From the NCBI GenBank assembly GCA_017432665.1, contig JAFRIS010000014.1, forward strand, positions 4,383 through 68,382: a stretch of DNA of 64,000 nt. Direction: 5' to 3'. The DNA is from Bacilli bacterium (GTDB lineage Bacteria; Bacillota_I; Bacilli_A; RF39; UBA660). Shown one piece after another: positions 39,258 through 49,122 of the stretch. The position numbers and the translations under genes were made by a program. Within the stretch, counting starts at the first letter, position 1; every line of letters begins with the position of its first letter. The notes beneath the pieces were generated by a model. That model ran no database searches, was not told the origin of the DNA, and saw nothing but the letters and a program-made list of their open reading frames with translations.

Positions 39258-39351
39258 ACCTTCTTTTAATCATTATAAAAGTATTATACAAGATAAATTG
39301 TATTTTTTGAAGAAGTATGTTATTATATACAGTACTTTTAGAGGTGATATT

Positions 39352-39774
39352 GTGGAAAAGAAGCGTATTAGCGATTTTTCGGCAGAAGAATTAGAGGTGT
39401 TTTTAGATTTTGCTAAACAGTATAACACTGTTGCTGGAATAAAGGGCAATTTACTTGGGCTAATTTATGAAAAAGCAAATGGAATTGAAAAAGAATGGCC
39501 TACATTTGAAGAAAAAGAAATTGAAAAATGGGATCAAAGATATCTTCCATATCATATGTATCCTCAAGATGGAAGATTACTAGAAGAGTTTAATATTAAT
39601 AGTTTAGATGAATTAGCTGATGCAAATTTAGATGAAATTATGGATATTGTTTCAGAAACTTTTATAGATTTTAAATATTTTCCTGATAGGAAAGCAGAGA
39701 CAAAAGAACGTTTTGAATCAATTGTTAAAGAATATAAAAAAGAAAAGAACGATATAGATGGAAAAGCAAAATAA
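39352..39774 (+). CDS. Hypothetical protein
   Basis: GTG at 39352 preceded by AGAGGTGA. The annotated ATG at 39298 lacks an RBS. Confidence 0.4.
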   Translation: MEKKRISDFSAEELEVFLDFAKQYNTVAGIKGNLLGLIYEKANGIEKEWPTFEEKEIEKWDQRYLPYHMYPQDGRLLEEFNINSLDELADANLDEIMDIVSETFIDFKYFPDRKAETKERFESIVKEYKKEKNDIDGKAK

Positions 39775-40990
39775 ATACTTGGAGTTGAAAGCTAAACTTA
39801 AAGATATTAAAGATAATGATGAAAGTTTGAATGAAGTTGATAGAAACCTAATAGGTCAAGTTTTAACCTTATTAGAAGTAGATAAGGTAAATAAACTTAG
39901 TAAATATACTGTTAATAAGAGTGATACTGCAAAAGTATTAGATATAGTTAGTCAATCTATTGCGGGATATAGAATTTATCTTGATAATTTAATCGATGGT
40001 GATCATAAAGTTATCTATATAAATGAATATCGTGAGATAAAAAGTAGATTAGAAAAATTAAATGAACTTAGAAACGAAATAGAAGATTATTGTAGTGTAC
40101 AAACCATAAAATATGAAAATTGGTATGAAGAACTATTATATGAAGTAAAAGAATCATTAATTGGTAATCCAGCTTCTTTATTGTTTGAAAGATTAATGAG
40201 TATAAAAGATGATCCTGATACCGAGAATATATATGATGCGTTAGAAAATCAAAAGTTCTATGTTGATCTAAAAAAATCTATTAACATTGATAGAGAGAAG
40301 AAAAAGAATTTAAAGATAATAGAATTATGTGAAGATATTATATCTTATAGAAATACTTTAAGGGAAAATGTAAAAAAACTTGTTGAATATAATCAATTGT
40401 ATGCTGAATTAACAAGCAAAGTAAATGTTGAATCAATTGAAGAACTAAAGCAGAAAAAAGAAAGACTACAAAAGTGCAATAAAGATTTATTATCTTCTGG
40501 ATTATCTAATTTATTATTAGGTTTAAATACAAATTTAAAACTAGCACTAAATAGAAGTAACACACCATTAACTATTTATCTACAAGACGTGAAAAATGAA
40601 TATGATTTAATTACTTATTTTATTGAAGTAAAAGAGTTGCATGATAGATTATATCAGTATATAAATAGAGGTTTTATTTTTGAAGAAATGTATTTAATGA
40701 ATACTGCTGACCCTACAGCTTTAACTATAACAAATACTGACAAAGAAGTAGCTAGATTGTTAGTAAATTTTGCTAATGAAGATGGTAGCCCTTCATTAAA
40801 AACAATGTTAGTAGAAATGATTTTAGCTATGGAAACTACACCTATTGAAGATATGAATGTCAATGAAAGAGAATTCATTAATATGGAAAAACATTTATCA
40901 AAAAAGAGTCAAAATGAAGTTAATGAGTTTTTTGAAAGATATACAAATATAATGAATAGTAATGAAAAGGAAAGCGTAAATACTAAATAG
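39758..40990 (+). CDS. Hypothetical coiled-coil protein
   Basis: 410 aa, helical and charged. No recognisable catalytic motifs. Confidence 0.4.
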   Translation: MEKQNKYLELKAKLKDIKDNDESLNEVDRNLIGQVLTLLEVDKVNKLSKYTVNKSDTAKVLDIVSQSIAGYRIYLDNLIDGDHKVIYINEYREIKSRLEKLNELRNEIEDYCSVQTIKYENWYEELLYEVKESLIGNPASLLFERLMSIKDDPDTENIYDALENQKFYVDLKKSINIDREKKKNLKIIELCEDIISYRNTLRENVKKLVEYNQLYAELTSKVNVESIEELKQKKERLQKCNKDLLSSGLSNLLLGLNTNLKLALNRSNTPLTIYLQDVKNEYDLITYFIEVKELHDRLYQYINRGFIFEEMYLMNTADPTALTITNTDKEVARLLVNFANEDGSPSLKTMLVEMILAMETTPIEDMNVNEREFINMEKHLSKKSQNEVNEFFERYTNIMNSNEKESVNTK

Positions 40991-41098
40991 TATTTACTTT
41001 TTTTGTCAACAAACTGTCAAGTAACTTAATTAAAAAGATATTTAGTGTTTATAAATAACATAAATGTGTTAGAATACTTGTTTATTGGGGTGATAAAA

Positions 41099-41974
41099 AT
41101 GGAAATATTTGATAAATTTTGTAGACATCTAAGTAAGATAACAACTATTAATGAAAAAATAATTTCGGTTGTTTTATTAACGATTATTACTTTAATCTTT
41201 TTCGCAATAGTTAAAAGAATTATTACATGGTGTATTAAAAGAAAAATGACTGGTAGAGGAGAATATGTAGTTAATCATTCACTTAATGTTCTTGTCAGTG
41301 CTTTTGAAGTTATTTGTTTAATTGCAATTTTTAGTGAATACATTCAAAGCATGATGACTTTAATATCAGTAGTCTCTGCAGCAATAACAATCGCTTTAAG
41401 AGAAGTTATTGTAAATTTCTTTTGTGGTATTTATATAAAGACAAAAAAACCTTTTAAAGTAGAAGATAGAATTCAAGTAAATGATATAAAAGGTGATGTT
41501 ATGAATACATCAATATTATCATTTGAAATATTAGAGGTATCCACAAAAGAAGAGAATGGACAATCTACAGGTGTAGTAGTAACTTTCCCTAATTCAATTA
41601 TTTTTACAACTCCTGTTAAGAATATTAATAAGGGATTTAAATATATTTGGGATGAATTAATTGTTAAAGTAGAACTTGATAGTGATTTAGTAAAGAACAA
41701 ACAAGAAATATATAAAATAGTAAATAATTTAGATGATATTAAGAGTATTCCTCGTAAAATGAAAAATCAAATCGCTGATGTTAATACTACTAATAGAGTG
41801 TATTTTAATCAATTTGATCCGATGATATATACTAGAATAGTTGATAATCATGTTGAATTAACAGTTAGATATTTAATTCATCCAAAAAAAGCTAGGTATG
41901 TAGAAAGTGTTATTTGGAATAAAATATATTTAGCGTATAAAGATGAAAAAATCAATTTATATACTGGGGCATAA
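41099..41974 (+). CDS. Small-conductance mechanosensitive channel (MscS family)
   Basis: 3 TM helices followed by the MscS beta domain (DRIQVNDIKGDVMNTSILSFEILEVST). Confidence 0.7.
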   Translation: MEIFDKFCRHLSKITTINEKIISVVLLTIITLIFFAIVKRIITWCIKRKMTGRGEYVVNHSLNVLVSAFEVICLIAIFSEYIQSMMTLISVVSAAITIALREVIVNFFCGIYIKTKKPFKVEDRIQVNDIKGDVMNTSILSFEILEVSTKEENGQSTGVVVTFPNSIIFTTPVKNINKGFKYIWDELIVKVELDSDLVKNKQEIYKIVNNLDDIKSIPRKMKNQIADVNTTNRVYFNQFDPMIYTRIVDNHVELTVRYLIHPKKARYVESVIWNKIYLAYKDEKINLYTGA

Positions 41975-41985
41975 CTCCGGTTTTT

Positions 41986-42014
41986 TTGACTGGCTATAAT
42001 AAATATGGTATAAT
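41986..42014 (+). promoter_or_regulatory. Sigma-A-type promoter TTGACT-N17-TGgTATAAT
   Basis: Near-consensus -35 and an extended -10. It implies the downstream CDS starts at the ATG at 42039, not 42015. Confidence 0.6.
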
Positions 42015-42038
42015 ATGTCTCCAATTAGGGATGATAGA

Positions 42039-42845
42039 ATGAAAAGTATATTTAATGAAAAAAGATATTTGAATGGAGATAGTGAAGCTTTAGAAGAATT
42101 TAAATTATTGAGAGAAGAACACCTAGAAGAACAAGCTAAAGATTTTAAAAAATATCGTTGGACAATTGCTAGATACAATGCGTTTTTAGATGAGTTAGCT
42201 AGTGAACTTGAAAAATATAATTTAAGTGGTCCATTAGAGTATTCAGTATTTTTAAATTATATTTTAGATGATGGTTATTTATCAAATAATTGTAAGTTTA
42301 AACACAGAGAGAGTAGTAAAGAAATTACTGGTAAATTAGGGGTAAATGTTGTTTTAGGTGAAGGTTGTTGCCGCAATATTAGTGAGTTTCATAGAGATCT
42401 CTTTAAAAAACTTGAGCTTACAAGTATGCCTTTTTATTGTTATCAAGGATTTGGGAGAGGTATTAATAAACCTGCTAATCATGTTATTAATTTAATTGAG
42501 CATAAAGATAATATCTATGGTATAGATTTACATAACCATAGTCGTTTATATCATTTTAAAAAACCGTTAGTAATGGAGTTAATTTCTTTTATTGAAGATG
42601 GTAAATTAACCTATAAACCATATTATGGATTAATAGTAGATGGTGACAGTTTAGAAAATATTAAACGTAATATTAAATTGTTTGAGGAATGTTCTAAAAT
42701 GAGAACTATTGGATCTTTTTCGTATAATGATGTTGTCAAACATTATGCTAAAGAAATGTTAGAAAGCAGAAGAAAAGATTTAATTCAATTTGACGAAAAA
42801 ACAAAGAAATTAAAAATGAAAATTGCTTCAGGGTTAAATAAATAG
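42039..42845 (+). CDS. Hypothetical protein
   Basis: The ORF follows the promoter above and an AGGGA RBS. No recognised motifs. Confidence 0.45.
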   Translation: MKSIFNEKRYLNGDSEALEEFKLLREEHLEEQAKDFKKYRWTIARYNAFLDELASELEKYNLSGPLEYSVFLNYILDDGYLSNNCKFKHRESSKEITGKLGVNVVLGEGCCRNISEFHRDLFKKLELTSMPFYCYQGFGRGINKPANHVINLIEHKDNIYGIDLHNHSRLYHFKKPLVMELISFIEDGKLTYKPYYGLIVDGDSLENIKRNIKLFEECSKMRTIGSFSYNDVVKHYAKEMLESRRKDLIQFDEKTKKLKMKIASGLNK

Positions 42846-42947
42846 TTATGATAGAGATTTTTCTCTATCTTTTTATTTGTATTTTTAGCACTCGTAGTTG
42901 ACAACTGCTAAAAAGAGTGCTATAACTAATTCTAGGAGATGATTTTA

Positions 42948-44828
42948 ATGGCAAAACAAGAGTTTAAATCAGAATCAAAAAGATTATTAGATTTAATGAT
43001 TAATAGTATTTATACAAATAAAGATATTTTCTTAAGAGAATTAATTAGTAATGCTAGTGATGCTTTAGATAAATTGTATTATCGTAGTTTAACTGACAAA
43101 AAAATTAAAGTTAAGAAAGATGATCTAGCAATCAGTATTGAATTTAATAAAAATAAAAGAACTTTAACTGTTAGAGACAATGGTTGTGGTATGACTAAAG
43201 AAGAATTAGAAACTAACTTAGGAACAATTGCTAAGAGTGGAACATTAGCTTTTAAAGAGAATATGTCTAATGATGAAAAAGCTAATATTATTGGACAATT
43301 TGGAGTTGGCTTTTACTCATCATTCATGGTTAGTGACAAAATTACTGTTAAATCACTAAGTGTTGATAGTGACGAAGCCTATACCTGGGAAAGTGAGGGA
43401 GTAGATGGTTATACTATCAAAAAATGTAAAAAAGATGATGTTGGTACTGAAATAACTCTAAAGATAAAAGAAGATAATGAAGAATTTGAATATTCTAAAT
43501 ACTTAGATGAATACGAATTAAAGAATTTAATTAAGAAATATTCTGACTATATCAGTTTTCCAATTATGATGGAAGTAACTCATCATGAATTAGTTGATGA
43601 AGAAAAGAAAAAATATGAAGATCATAAGGAAATAGAAACAATTAATAGTATGATTCCATTATGGAAAAAGAATAAGAGTGAAGTAAGTGATGAAGACTAC
43701 GAAAACTTCTACATGGATAAGTTTAGTGATTATGATAAACCACTAAAAGTAATTGCCTCATCAGTAGAAGGTATGACATCTTATAAAGCTTTATTATTTA
43801 TACCTAGTCATGCTCCATATGATTACTATACTCAGGAGTATGAAAAAGGATTAGCTCTATATTCTAATGGCGTAATGATTATGGAAAAATGTGCTGATTT
43901 ATTACCTGATTATTTTAGTTTTGTAAAAGGTGTAGTTGATAGTGAAGATTTAAGTTTAAACATATCTCGTGAATTACTACAAGAGTCAAATAGTTTGAAA
44001 TTAATAGCTAAAAACATTGAAAGTAAAATTCGCAAAGAATTAGAAACTATGTTAAGAGAAGATAGAGAAAACTATAATTCATTCTTTAAAACTTTTGGAG
44101 TTCAATTAAAATATGGGGTATATAATAATTTTGCTCAAGATAAAGATAAATTGAAAGATTTGATTATGTTCTACAGTGCAAAAGAAGAAAAATTAATTAC
44201 TATTGCTGAATATATTTCTAATATGCCAGAAGATCAAGTTAATATTTATTATGCATCTGGTTCATCTGTTGAGAAAATCAATTCTTTACCACAAGTAGAA
44301 CAAGTATTAGATAAAGACTATGATATTTTATATTTAACTGAATATGTTGATGAATTCTGCATTACTGCTCTTCAGGAGTATGAAGGAAAGACGTTTATCA
44401 ATGTTAGTGATGGAAGCCTAGATTTAGAAAGTGAAGAAGAAAAAGAAGCATTAAAACAAGTTAATAAAGATAATAGTGATTTATTAAAGGCTATGAAAGA
44501 AGAGTTAGCCGATGTAGGGGAAGTACGCTTTAGTAATAAATTAAAGACCCATCCAGTATGTTTGACTACTAAAGGTGATGTATCTATTGAAATGCAAAAG
44601 GTATTTGATGCTATGCCAAATGATTTAGGTATTAAGGCTGATACCGTATTAGAAATAAATGAAAAACATCCAATTAGTGATAAATTAAAAGAATTATATA
44701 AATCTGATAAAGATGAGTTTGTTAAATATACTAAGATACTGTACAGTGAAGCTAAAATGATTGCTGGTCTTCCTATAGATAATCCTACTGAAATAAGCAA
44801 ATTAATTTGTGATGTAATATCAAAATAA
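42948..44828 (+). CDS. htpG: Chaperone HtpG (Hsp90)
   Basis: GHKL ATPase N-terminal motifs (ELISNASDALDK, GQFGVGFYS). About 626 aa. Confidence 0.9.
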   Translation: MAKQEFKSESKRLLDLMINSIYTNKDIFLRELISNASDALDKLYYRSLTDKKIKVKKDDLAISIEFNKNKRTLTVRDNGCGMTKEELETNLGTIAKSGTLAFKENMSNDEKANIIGQFGVGFYSSFMVSDKITVKSLSVDSDEAYTWESEGVDGYTIKKCKKDDVGTEITLKIKEDNEEFEYSKYLDEYELKNLIKKYSDYISFPIMMEVTHHELVDEEKKKYEDHKEIETINSMIPLWKKNKSEVSDEDYENFYMDKFSDYDKPLKVIASSVEGMTSYKALLFIPSHAPYDYYTQEYEKGLALYSNGVMIMEKCADLLPDYFSFVKGVVDSEDLSLNISRELLQESNSLKLIAKNIESKIRKELETMLREDRENYNSFFKTFGVQLKYGVYNNFAQDKDKLKDLIMFYSAKEEKLITIAEYISNMPEDQVNIYYASGSSVEKINSLPQVEQVLDKDYDILYLTEYVDEFCITALQEYEGKTFINVSDGSLDLESEEEKEALKQVNKDNSDLLKAMKEELADVGEVRFSNKLKTHPVCLTTKGDVSIEMQKVFDAMPNDLGIKADTVLEINEKHPISDKLKELYKSDKDEFVKYTKILYSEAKMIAGLPIDNPTEISKLICDVISK

Positions 44829-44850
44829 GATCATTTGATCTTATTTTTTT
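44827..44850 (+). terminator. Rho-independent terminator after htpG
   Basis: AAGATCA-ttt-GATCTT followed by a T run. Confidence 0.6.
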
Positions 44851-44920
44851 ATAATTAGTATCTTTTATTTTTAATATTTATTTGTTATACTATACTATAG
44901 ATAATAGAGGGTGATTAGTG

Positions 44921-46897
44921 ATGCTAGGAAAAATAGAAGAAATAATTGATAATAGCGTAACTATAAAACTAGATATTGATATTACTAAGCAACCAAACTT
45001 AGCAAATCTTCATGTTGTTTTTGAAGACGGAGGTCCTAAAAAGATAGTTGCTGAAATAGCTAGTGTTACTATAACGCATATGAAAACTAACATTGTTGGA
45101 GAAATTAGGGACAATGTTTTTGCTCCTGGTTCAAATGTTAAACCTAAGTTTAGCGCTACTGTAAGATTAATAAAAGTTGAAGAACTAGAACTAATCTTTG
45201 GAAAACAATCCTTGGAATTTGGATATACTAATTTAGGAACAAGTAATGTTTATGAAGGATATAAAATTAATGTTGGTATGAACGAGTTCTTCAACAAACA
45301 TTTCTCTATCATGGGAGTATCTGGTTCTGGTAAGAGTTGTACTGTTGCATCAGTTATTCAAAGACTGTATTTAGAGAATCCAAATCCACCAATTAATTCA
45401 TCATTATTTTTCTTCGATGCATATGGTGAATATACTAGTGCCTTTGGAGGAATTCATGCTAAGAATCCTAATGTTATTTATAAATCATATACAACTAATG
45501 TATCTGATCCCAATACAGAATTATTAAGAATACCACCTTGGTTATTAGATGTAGATGATTTAGCTTTATTATTAGATGTTGATTCACCAGCGCAATTACC
45601 GATTATTGATAAAGCTTTAAAATTAGTTTCAATCTTAACTGGTAATAGTGATAGTGTTATTAAGAGAAAAAATGATATTATTGCTAGAGCCCTACAAGAT
45701 ATCTTATTAAGTGGTAAAGATTCTACTAAGATAAGAGACCAAGTAGTCGGAGTATTAACAAAGTTTAATACAGAAACATTAAATTTAAATAGTAAAATTG
45801 TTCAACCGGGTTATGTTAGAACATTAAAGCAATGTTTATATATAGATAAAACTGGTAAAATGCAAGAAATGGAATTAGTAGTAGAATTTGTAGGGGGATA
45901 TATCCTTGATGAACAGTTTGATATTCCAGAAAGCGATTTAAATAAATATTATAGCTTAAGTGATCTAGAATTAGCTATGGAATTTTCATTAGTAAATGAA
46001 GGTATATTAAAGAGTGATAAAGTATATGATTCAGCTAATGTATTAAATGTTCGTCTACATACTTTAGCTACTGGTGATAATAGAAACTATTTCAGTTATC
46101 CTGATTATGTAACTAAAGATGAGTATATAGAATCATTAGTTTTTGATAAGAAAAGTCTTAAAAGAGCTCAAATAATTAATTTTAATATTAACTATGTTGA
46201 TGATAGAATTGCTAAAGCAATTACTAAAATTATATCTAGAATGCTATTCTTAAAAGTAGCTGATTTAAATCCTAGAGGTAGTAGAGCTTTTCATATAATT
46301 ATTGAAGAAGCTCACCGTTATGTTCAAAATGACTCTGATGTTGATGTAATTGGTTATAATATATTTGAAAGAATTTCTAAAGAAGGTCGTAAATATGGAG
46401 TATTCTTAGGATTAATAACTCAAAGACCCGAAGAATTATCTAGTACTTGTGTATCACAATGTGCTAACTTCATAATACTTAGAACTATTCATCCAAATGA
46501 TTTACAATATATTAAAGATATGGTACCTAATATTACTCAAGAAATTGTTTTACAACTTAAGAATTTGAAACCAGGTAATTGTATTGCCTTTGGATCTGCA
46601 TTTAAAGTACCTACTTCTCTGTATATTAATAAGCCAGACCCTGAACCATTATCAAGTGACGTTGATTTGAAAAAGGTTTGGTATCAAGCACCAGCAGAAC
46701 CTATTATGCGTAATGTATCTACTATGGCACCTAGGCTAGAAAATGCTAGTAGTGTTCAAGATTTAATGGCTCAACAAATGGCTAGTGAACCTACAGCTAA
46801 TAGATTTATTCCAGAAGGAATAGGAGATATTAGACAAGATAGTCAAGTAGATAATACACAACCAATTTTACAAATTAATAACAATTTAGAGGTGTAA
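44921..46897 (+). CDS. HerA/DUF87-like P-loop ATPase
   Basis: N-terminal barrel-like domain, Walker A GVSGSGKS and Walker B IIEEAHR. 659 aa with no partner nuclease nearby. Confidence 0.5.
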   Translation: MLGKIEEIIDNSVTIKLDIDITKQPNLANLHVVFEDGGPKKIVAEIASVTITHMKTNIVGEIRDNVFAPGSNVKPKFSATVRLIKVEELELIFGKQSLEFGYTNLGTSNVYEGYKINVGMNEFFNKHFSIMGVSGSGKSCTVASVIQRLYLENPNPPINSSLFFFDAYGEYTSAFGGIHAKNPNVIYKSYTTNVSDPNTELLRIPPWLLDVDDLALLLDVDSPAQLPIIDKALKLVSILTGNSDSVIKRKNDIIARALQDILLSGKDSTKIRDQVVGVLTKFNTETLNLNSKIVQPGYVRTLKQCLYIDKTGKMQEMELVVEFVGGYILDEQFDIPESDLNKYYSLSDLELAMEFSLVNEGILKSDKVYDSANVLNVRLHTLATGDNRNYFSYPDYVTKDEYIESLVFDKKSLKRAQIINFNINYVDDRIAKAITKIISRMLFLKVADLNPRGSRAFHIIIEEAHRYVQNDSDVDVIGYNIFERISKEGRKYGVFLGLITQRPEELSSTCVSQCANFIILRTIHPNDLQYIKDMVPNITQEIVLQLKNLKPGNCIAFGSAFKVPTSLYINKPDPEPLSSDVDLKKVWYQAPAEPIMRNVSTMAPRLENASSVQDLMAQQMASEPTANRFIPEGIGDIRQDSQVDNTQPILQINNNLEV

Positions 46898-46992
46898 ATC
46901 AAAGTGTAATTCATTAAGAATTACTTTTGATTTTTATAGAAGTATGATAGAATAAAATAGAATTATAATGTTTAGTAATGGAGGATATTTGT

Positions 46993-47418
46993 ATGAAAGA
47001 TAAATTAAAAGGTTTATTTGGAGGAGAAGAAACTACTGATGTAGCAGGAGAAGAAGGGTACTATACAACTAGTCGTGAAGAGTTTCACGAGAAAAATGGT
47101 ATTGCTGGTTCTAAGATGATGTTACTAGAACCACGTGCTTATTCTGAGAGTCAACAAATTGCTGATTATTTAAAGAATAGAAGTGCTGTAGTAGTAAATT
47201 TAAAGAGAGTAACTCCAGATCAAGCTAAAAGAATAGTAGATTTCTTATATGGAACTATCTATGCTATTGGTGGAGATATCCAAAAATTAGGAGGAGGAAT
47301 ATTCTTATGTACTCCTAATAATGTAAATGTTGAAGGTACTATTAGTGATGAGAATGGATCAGCTAAATCTTCAAAAGGTAAAAAAGAAGTAAAGGATGAC
47401 GAAGAAGATTTCTTTTAA
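46993..47418 (+). CDS. sepF: Cell division protein SepF
   Basis: Core DUF552 region ([20 protein letters not shown]). The ATG at 46993 follows an RBS. Confidence 0.7.
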   Translation: MKDKLKGLFGGEETTDVAGEEGYYTTSREEFHEKNGIAGSKMMLLEPRAYSESQQIADYLKNRSAVVVNLKRVTPDQAKRIVDFLYGTIYAIGGDIQKLGGGIFLCTPNNVNVEGTISDENGSAKSSKGKKEVKDDEEDFF

Positions 47419-47448
47419 AAACTAGCGTATTCATTTTGAGGTGATTAT

Positions 47449-47883
47449 ATGGAAAAATTTAGTTATGAAACTAATGGATATAATCGTAGTGAAGTAAATC
47501 AGTTTATTAGTGATGTAATTAGAGAAACAGAGGGAATAATTACTAAAGTAAAAAACCAAAGTAATGAAATAGAAGAATTAAAAAAAGAATTAGAACACTA
47601 TAAAAAATTAGAAAATGCTTTAAACAATGCGGTTATGAAGGCAGATGAAGCAAAAGCTGATATTACAAGATTAGCTAATGAAGAATCTGATTTAATTATT
47701 AGAGAAGCTAAAACTAATGCTTCTAGAATTGTTAATGATGCATTACTAAGAGCTGAAAAATTAGAAAATGAACGTGAAACTTTAGAAAGAAATATGAAAA
47801 TCTTTAAAAGAAAACTAAAGTTAATTATTGAACAACAATTAGCAGTAGTAGATGAAATAGAAATATTGGAAATAGAAGAATAG
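47449..47883 (+). CDS. divIVA: DivIVA-domain protein
   Basis: N-terminal DivIVA motif (GYNRSEVNQFI) followed by a coiled-coil. Location in the sepF...ileS region matches the Bacillus division cluster. Confidence 0.7.
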   Translation: MEKFSYETNGYNRSEVNQFISDVIRETEGIITKVKNQSNEIEELKKELEHYKKLENALNNAVMKADEAKADITRLANEESDLIIREAKTNASRIVNDALLRAEKLENERETLERNMKIFKRKLKLIIEQQLAVVDEIEILEIEE

Positions 47884-47898
47884 TTAAACTATTCTTTT
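47878..47898 (+). terminator. Hairpin plus T-run after divIVA
   Basis: GAATAGTT...AACTATTC followed by TTTT. Confidence 0.45.
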
Positions 47899-47919
47899 CA
47901 ATTGACATAGCTCTTATAA

Positions 47920-48150
47920 ATATGTTAAACTAATGCAGAAAGCAAGTGCGAAAGACGGAAGTATTTGAAAGTTTATAGAGAGTTCTCGGTAGGTGGAAGA
48001 GAATAACAAGTATAGTATTTCGAATCACTTTCAAGTGCGATTTATGGATAAGATAAATACGGTAACGCGTTATAGTTTCAGAGTATAAATAAAGGTGGTA
48101 CCACGACAATTTCGTCCTTTTGGTAGCCATCTTTTTGTTTTTTTAGAATA
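47920..48150 (+). promoter_or_regulatory. T-box riboswitch leader, likely with an Ile specifier (AUC-A)
   Basis: T-box sequence AAAGGTGGTACCACG at 48091-48105. Terminator TGGTACC...GGTAGCCA followed by a T run at 48131-48146. Stem I region has AGAGA and GNUGNA-like elements, with GAAUCAC at about 48021-48027. Confidence 0.6.
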
Positions 48151-48162
48151 AGAGGTGGATTT

Positions 48163-49110
48163 ATGACATTTAATGTTTTTTTATTAGTATTTGGATTTGT
48201 TATATTAATTAAAGGTGCAGATTTTTTTGTAGATGGAGCTAGTTCTATCGCAGCTAATTTAAAAGTGTCGAAGATGCTAATTGCTTTAACGATTGTATCT
48301 TTTGGTACTAGTGCTCCTGAATTGGCAGTTGCTATTAAAGCTATAAGTGCTGGTAATGGAGATATAGTATTAGGTAATGTTATTGGTAGTAATACCTTGA
48401 ATATTTTATTAATAGTAGGAGTAAGTGCATTTGTACATTCCTTGACTGTTAAGAACAATACAGTAAAAAAAGAATTGCCAATTACAATGTTAATTACTAC
48501 TTTATTTGGAGTATTGTTATTGGATAATGTTTTTGATAAAAGCATGATAAATAATTTTTCTAGATCAGACGGAATAGTATTATTGTTATTCTTCAGTGTG
48601 TTTTTGTATTATTTAATTTCTATGTCTAGAAATAAAATTGATGAAGATGAAACGGCACCAATGCCAGTATGGAAATCAATTCTATATACTGTGTTAGGTT
48701 TAACTGGTATAGTTTTAGGTAGTAATTTTGTGGTAGATTCAGCTACTTATTTAGCTACCGCTTTAGGAGTAAGTGAAAGAATGGTAGCTTTAACAGTAAT
48801 AGCTTTTGGTACAAGTTTACCTGAATTAGTTACTAGTGTATCTGCTACTCGCAAGGGAGAATATGATATTGCAATTGGTAATGTAGTAGGAAGTAATATA
48901 TTCAATATAGGTATAGTTTTAGGAATACCAGTTACTATCTTTGGTGGAGTAGGAAGAATTAGTTTTAGCTATATAGATATTATAGTAATGGTTATTACAG
49001 CAGTATTATTGTTTATCTTTTCATTTAATGATCGAAAAGTATCAAGAACAGAAGGAATTATATTCTTAATAATATTTGTTGTTTATTATGGTTATATATT
49101 GATGAACTAG
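48163..49110 (+). CDS. Na+/Ca2+ exchanger family (CaCA, YrbG-like) membrane antiporter
   Basis: Two alpha-repeat signatures (GTSAPELAVAI and GTSLPELVTSV). 315 aa. Confidence 0.75.
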   Translation: MTFNVFLLVFGFVILIKGADFFVDGASSIAANLKVSKMLIALTIVSFGTSAPELAVAIKAISAGNGDIVLGNVIGSNTLNILLIVGVSAFVHSLTVKNNTVKKELPITMLITTLFGVLLLDNVFDKSMINNFSRSDGIVLLLFFSVFLYYLISMSRNKIDEDETAPMPVWKSILYTVLGLTGIVLGSNFVVDSATYLATALGVSERMVALTVIAFGTSLPELVTSVSATRKGEYDIAIGNVVGSNIFNIGIVLGIPVTIFGGVGRISFSYIDIIVMVITAVLLFIFSFNDRKVSRTEGIIFLIIFVVYYGYILMN

Positions 49111-49122
49111 AGGAGTGATAAA

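Noticed and set aside
42015-42038. Annotated start at 42015 for the hypothetical gene
   Set aside because: That ATG lies immediately after the -10 element of a near-consensus promoter and would be upstream of the transcription start. The ATG at 42039, which has an RBS, is preferred.
47930-48545. Minus-strand ORFs 47930-48130 and 48078-48545
   Set aside because: The first overlaps the T-box leader and the second is antisense to the CaCA gene. The plus-strand features explain the sequence.
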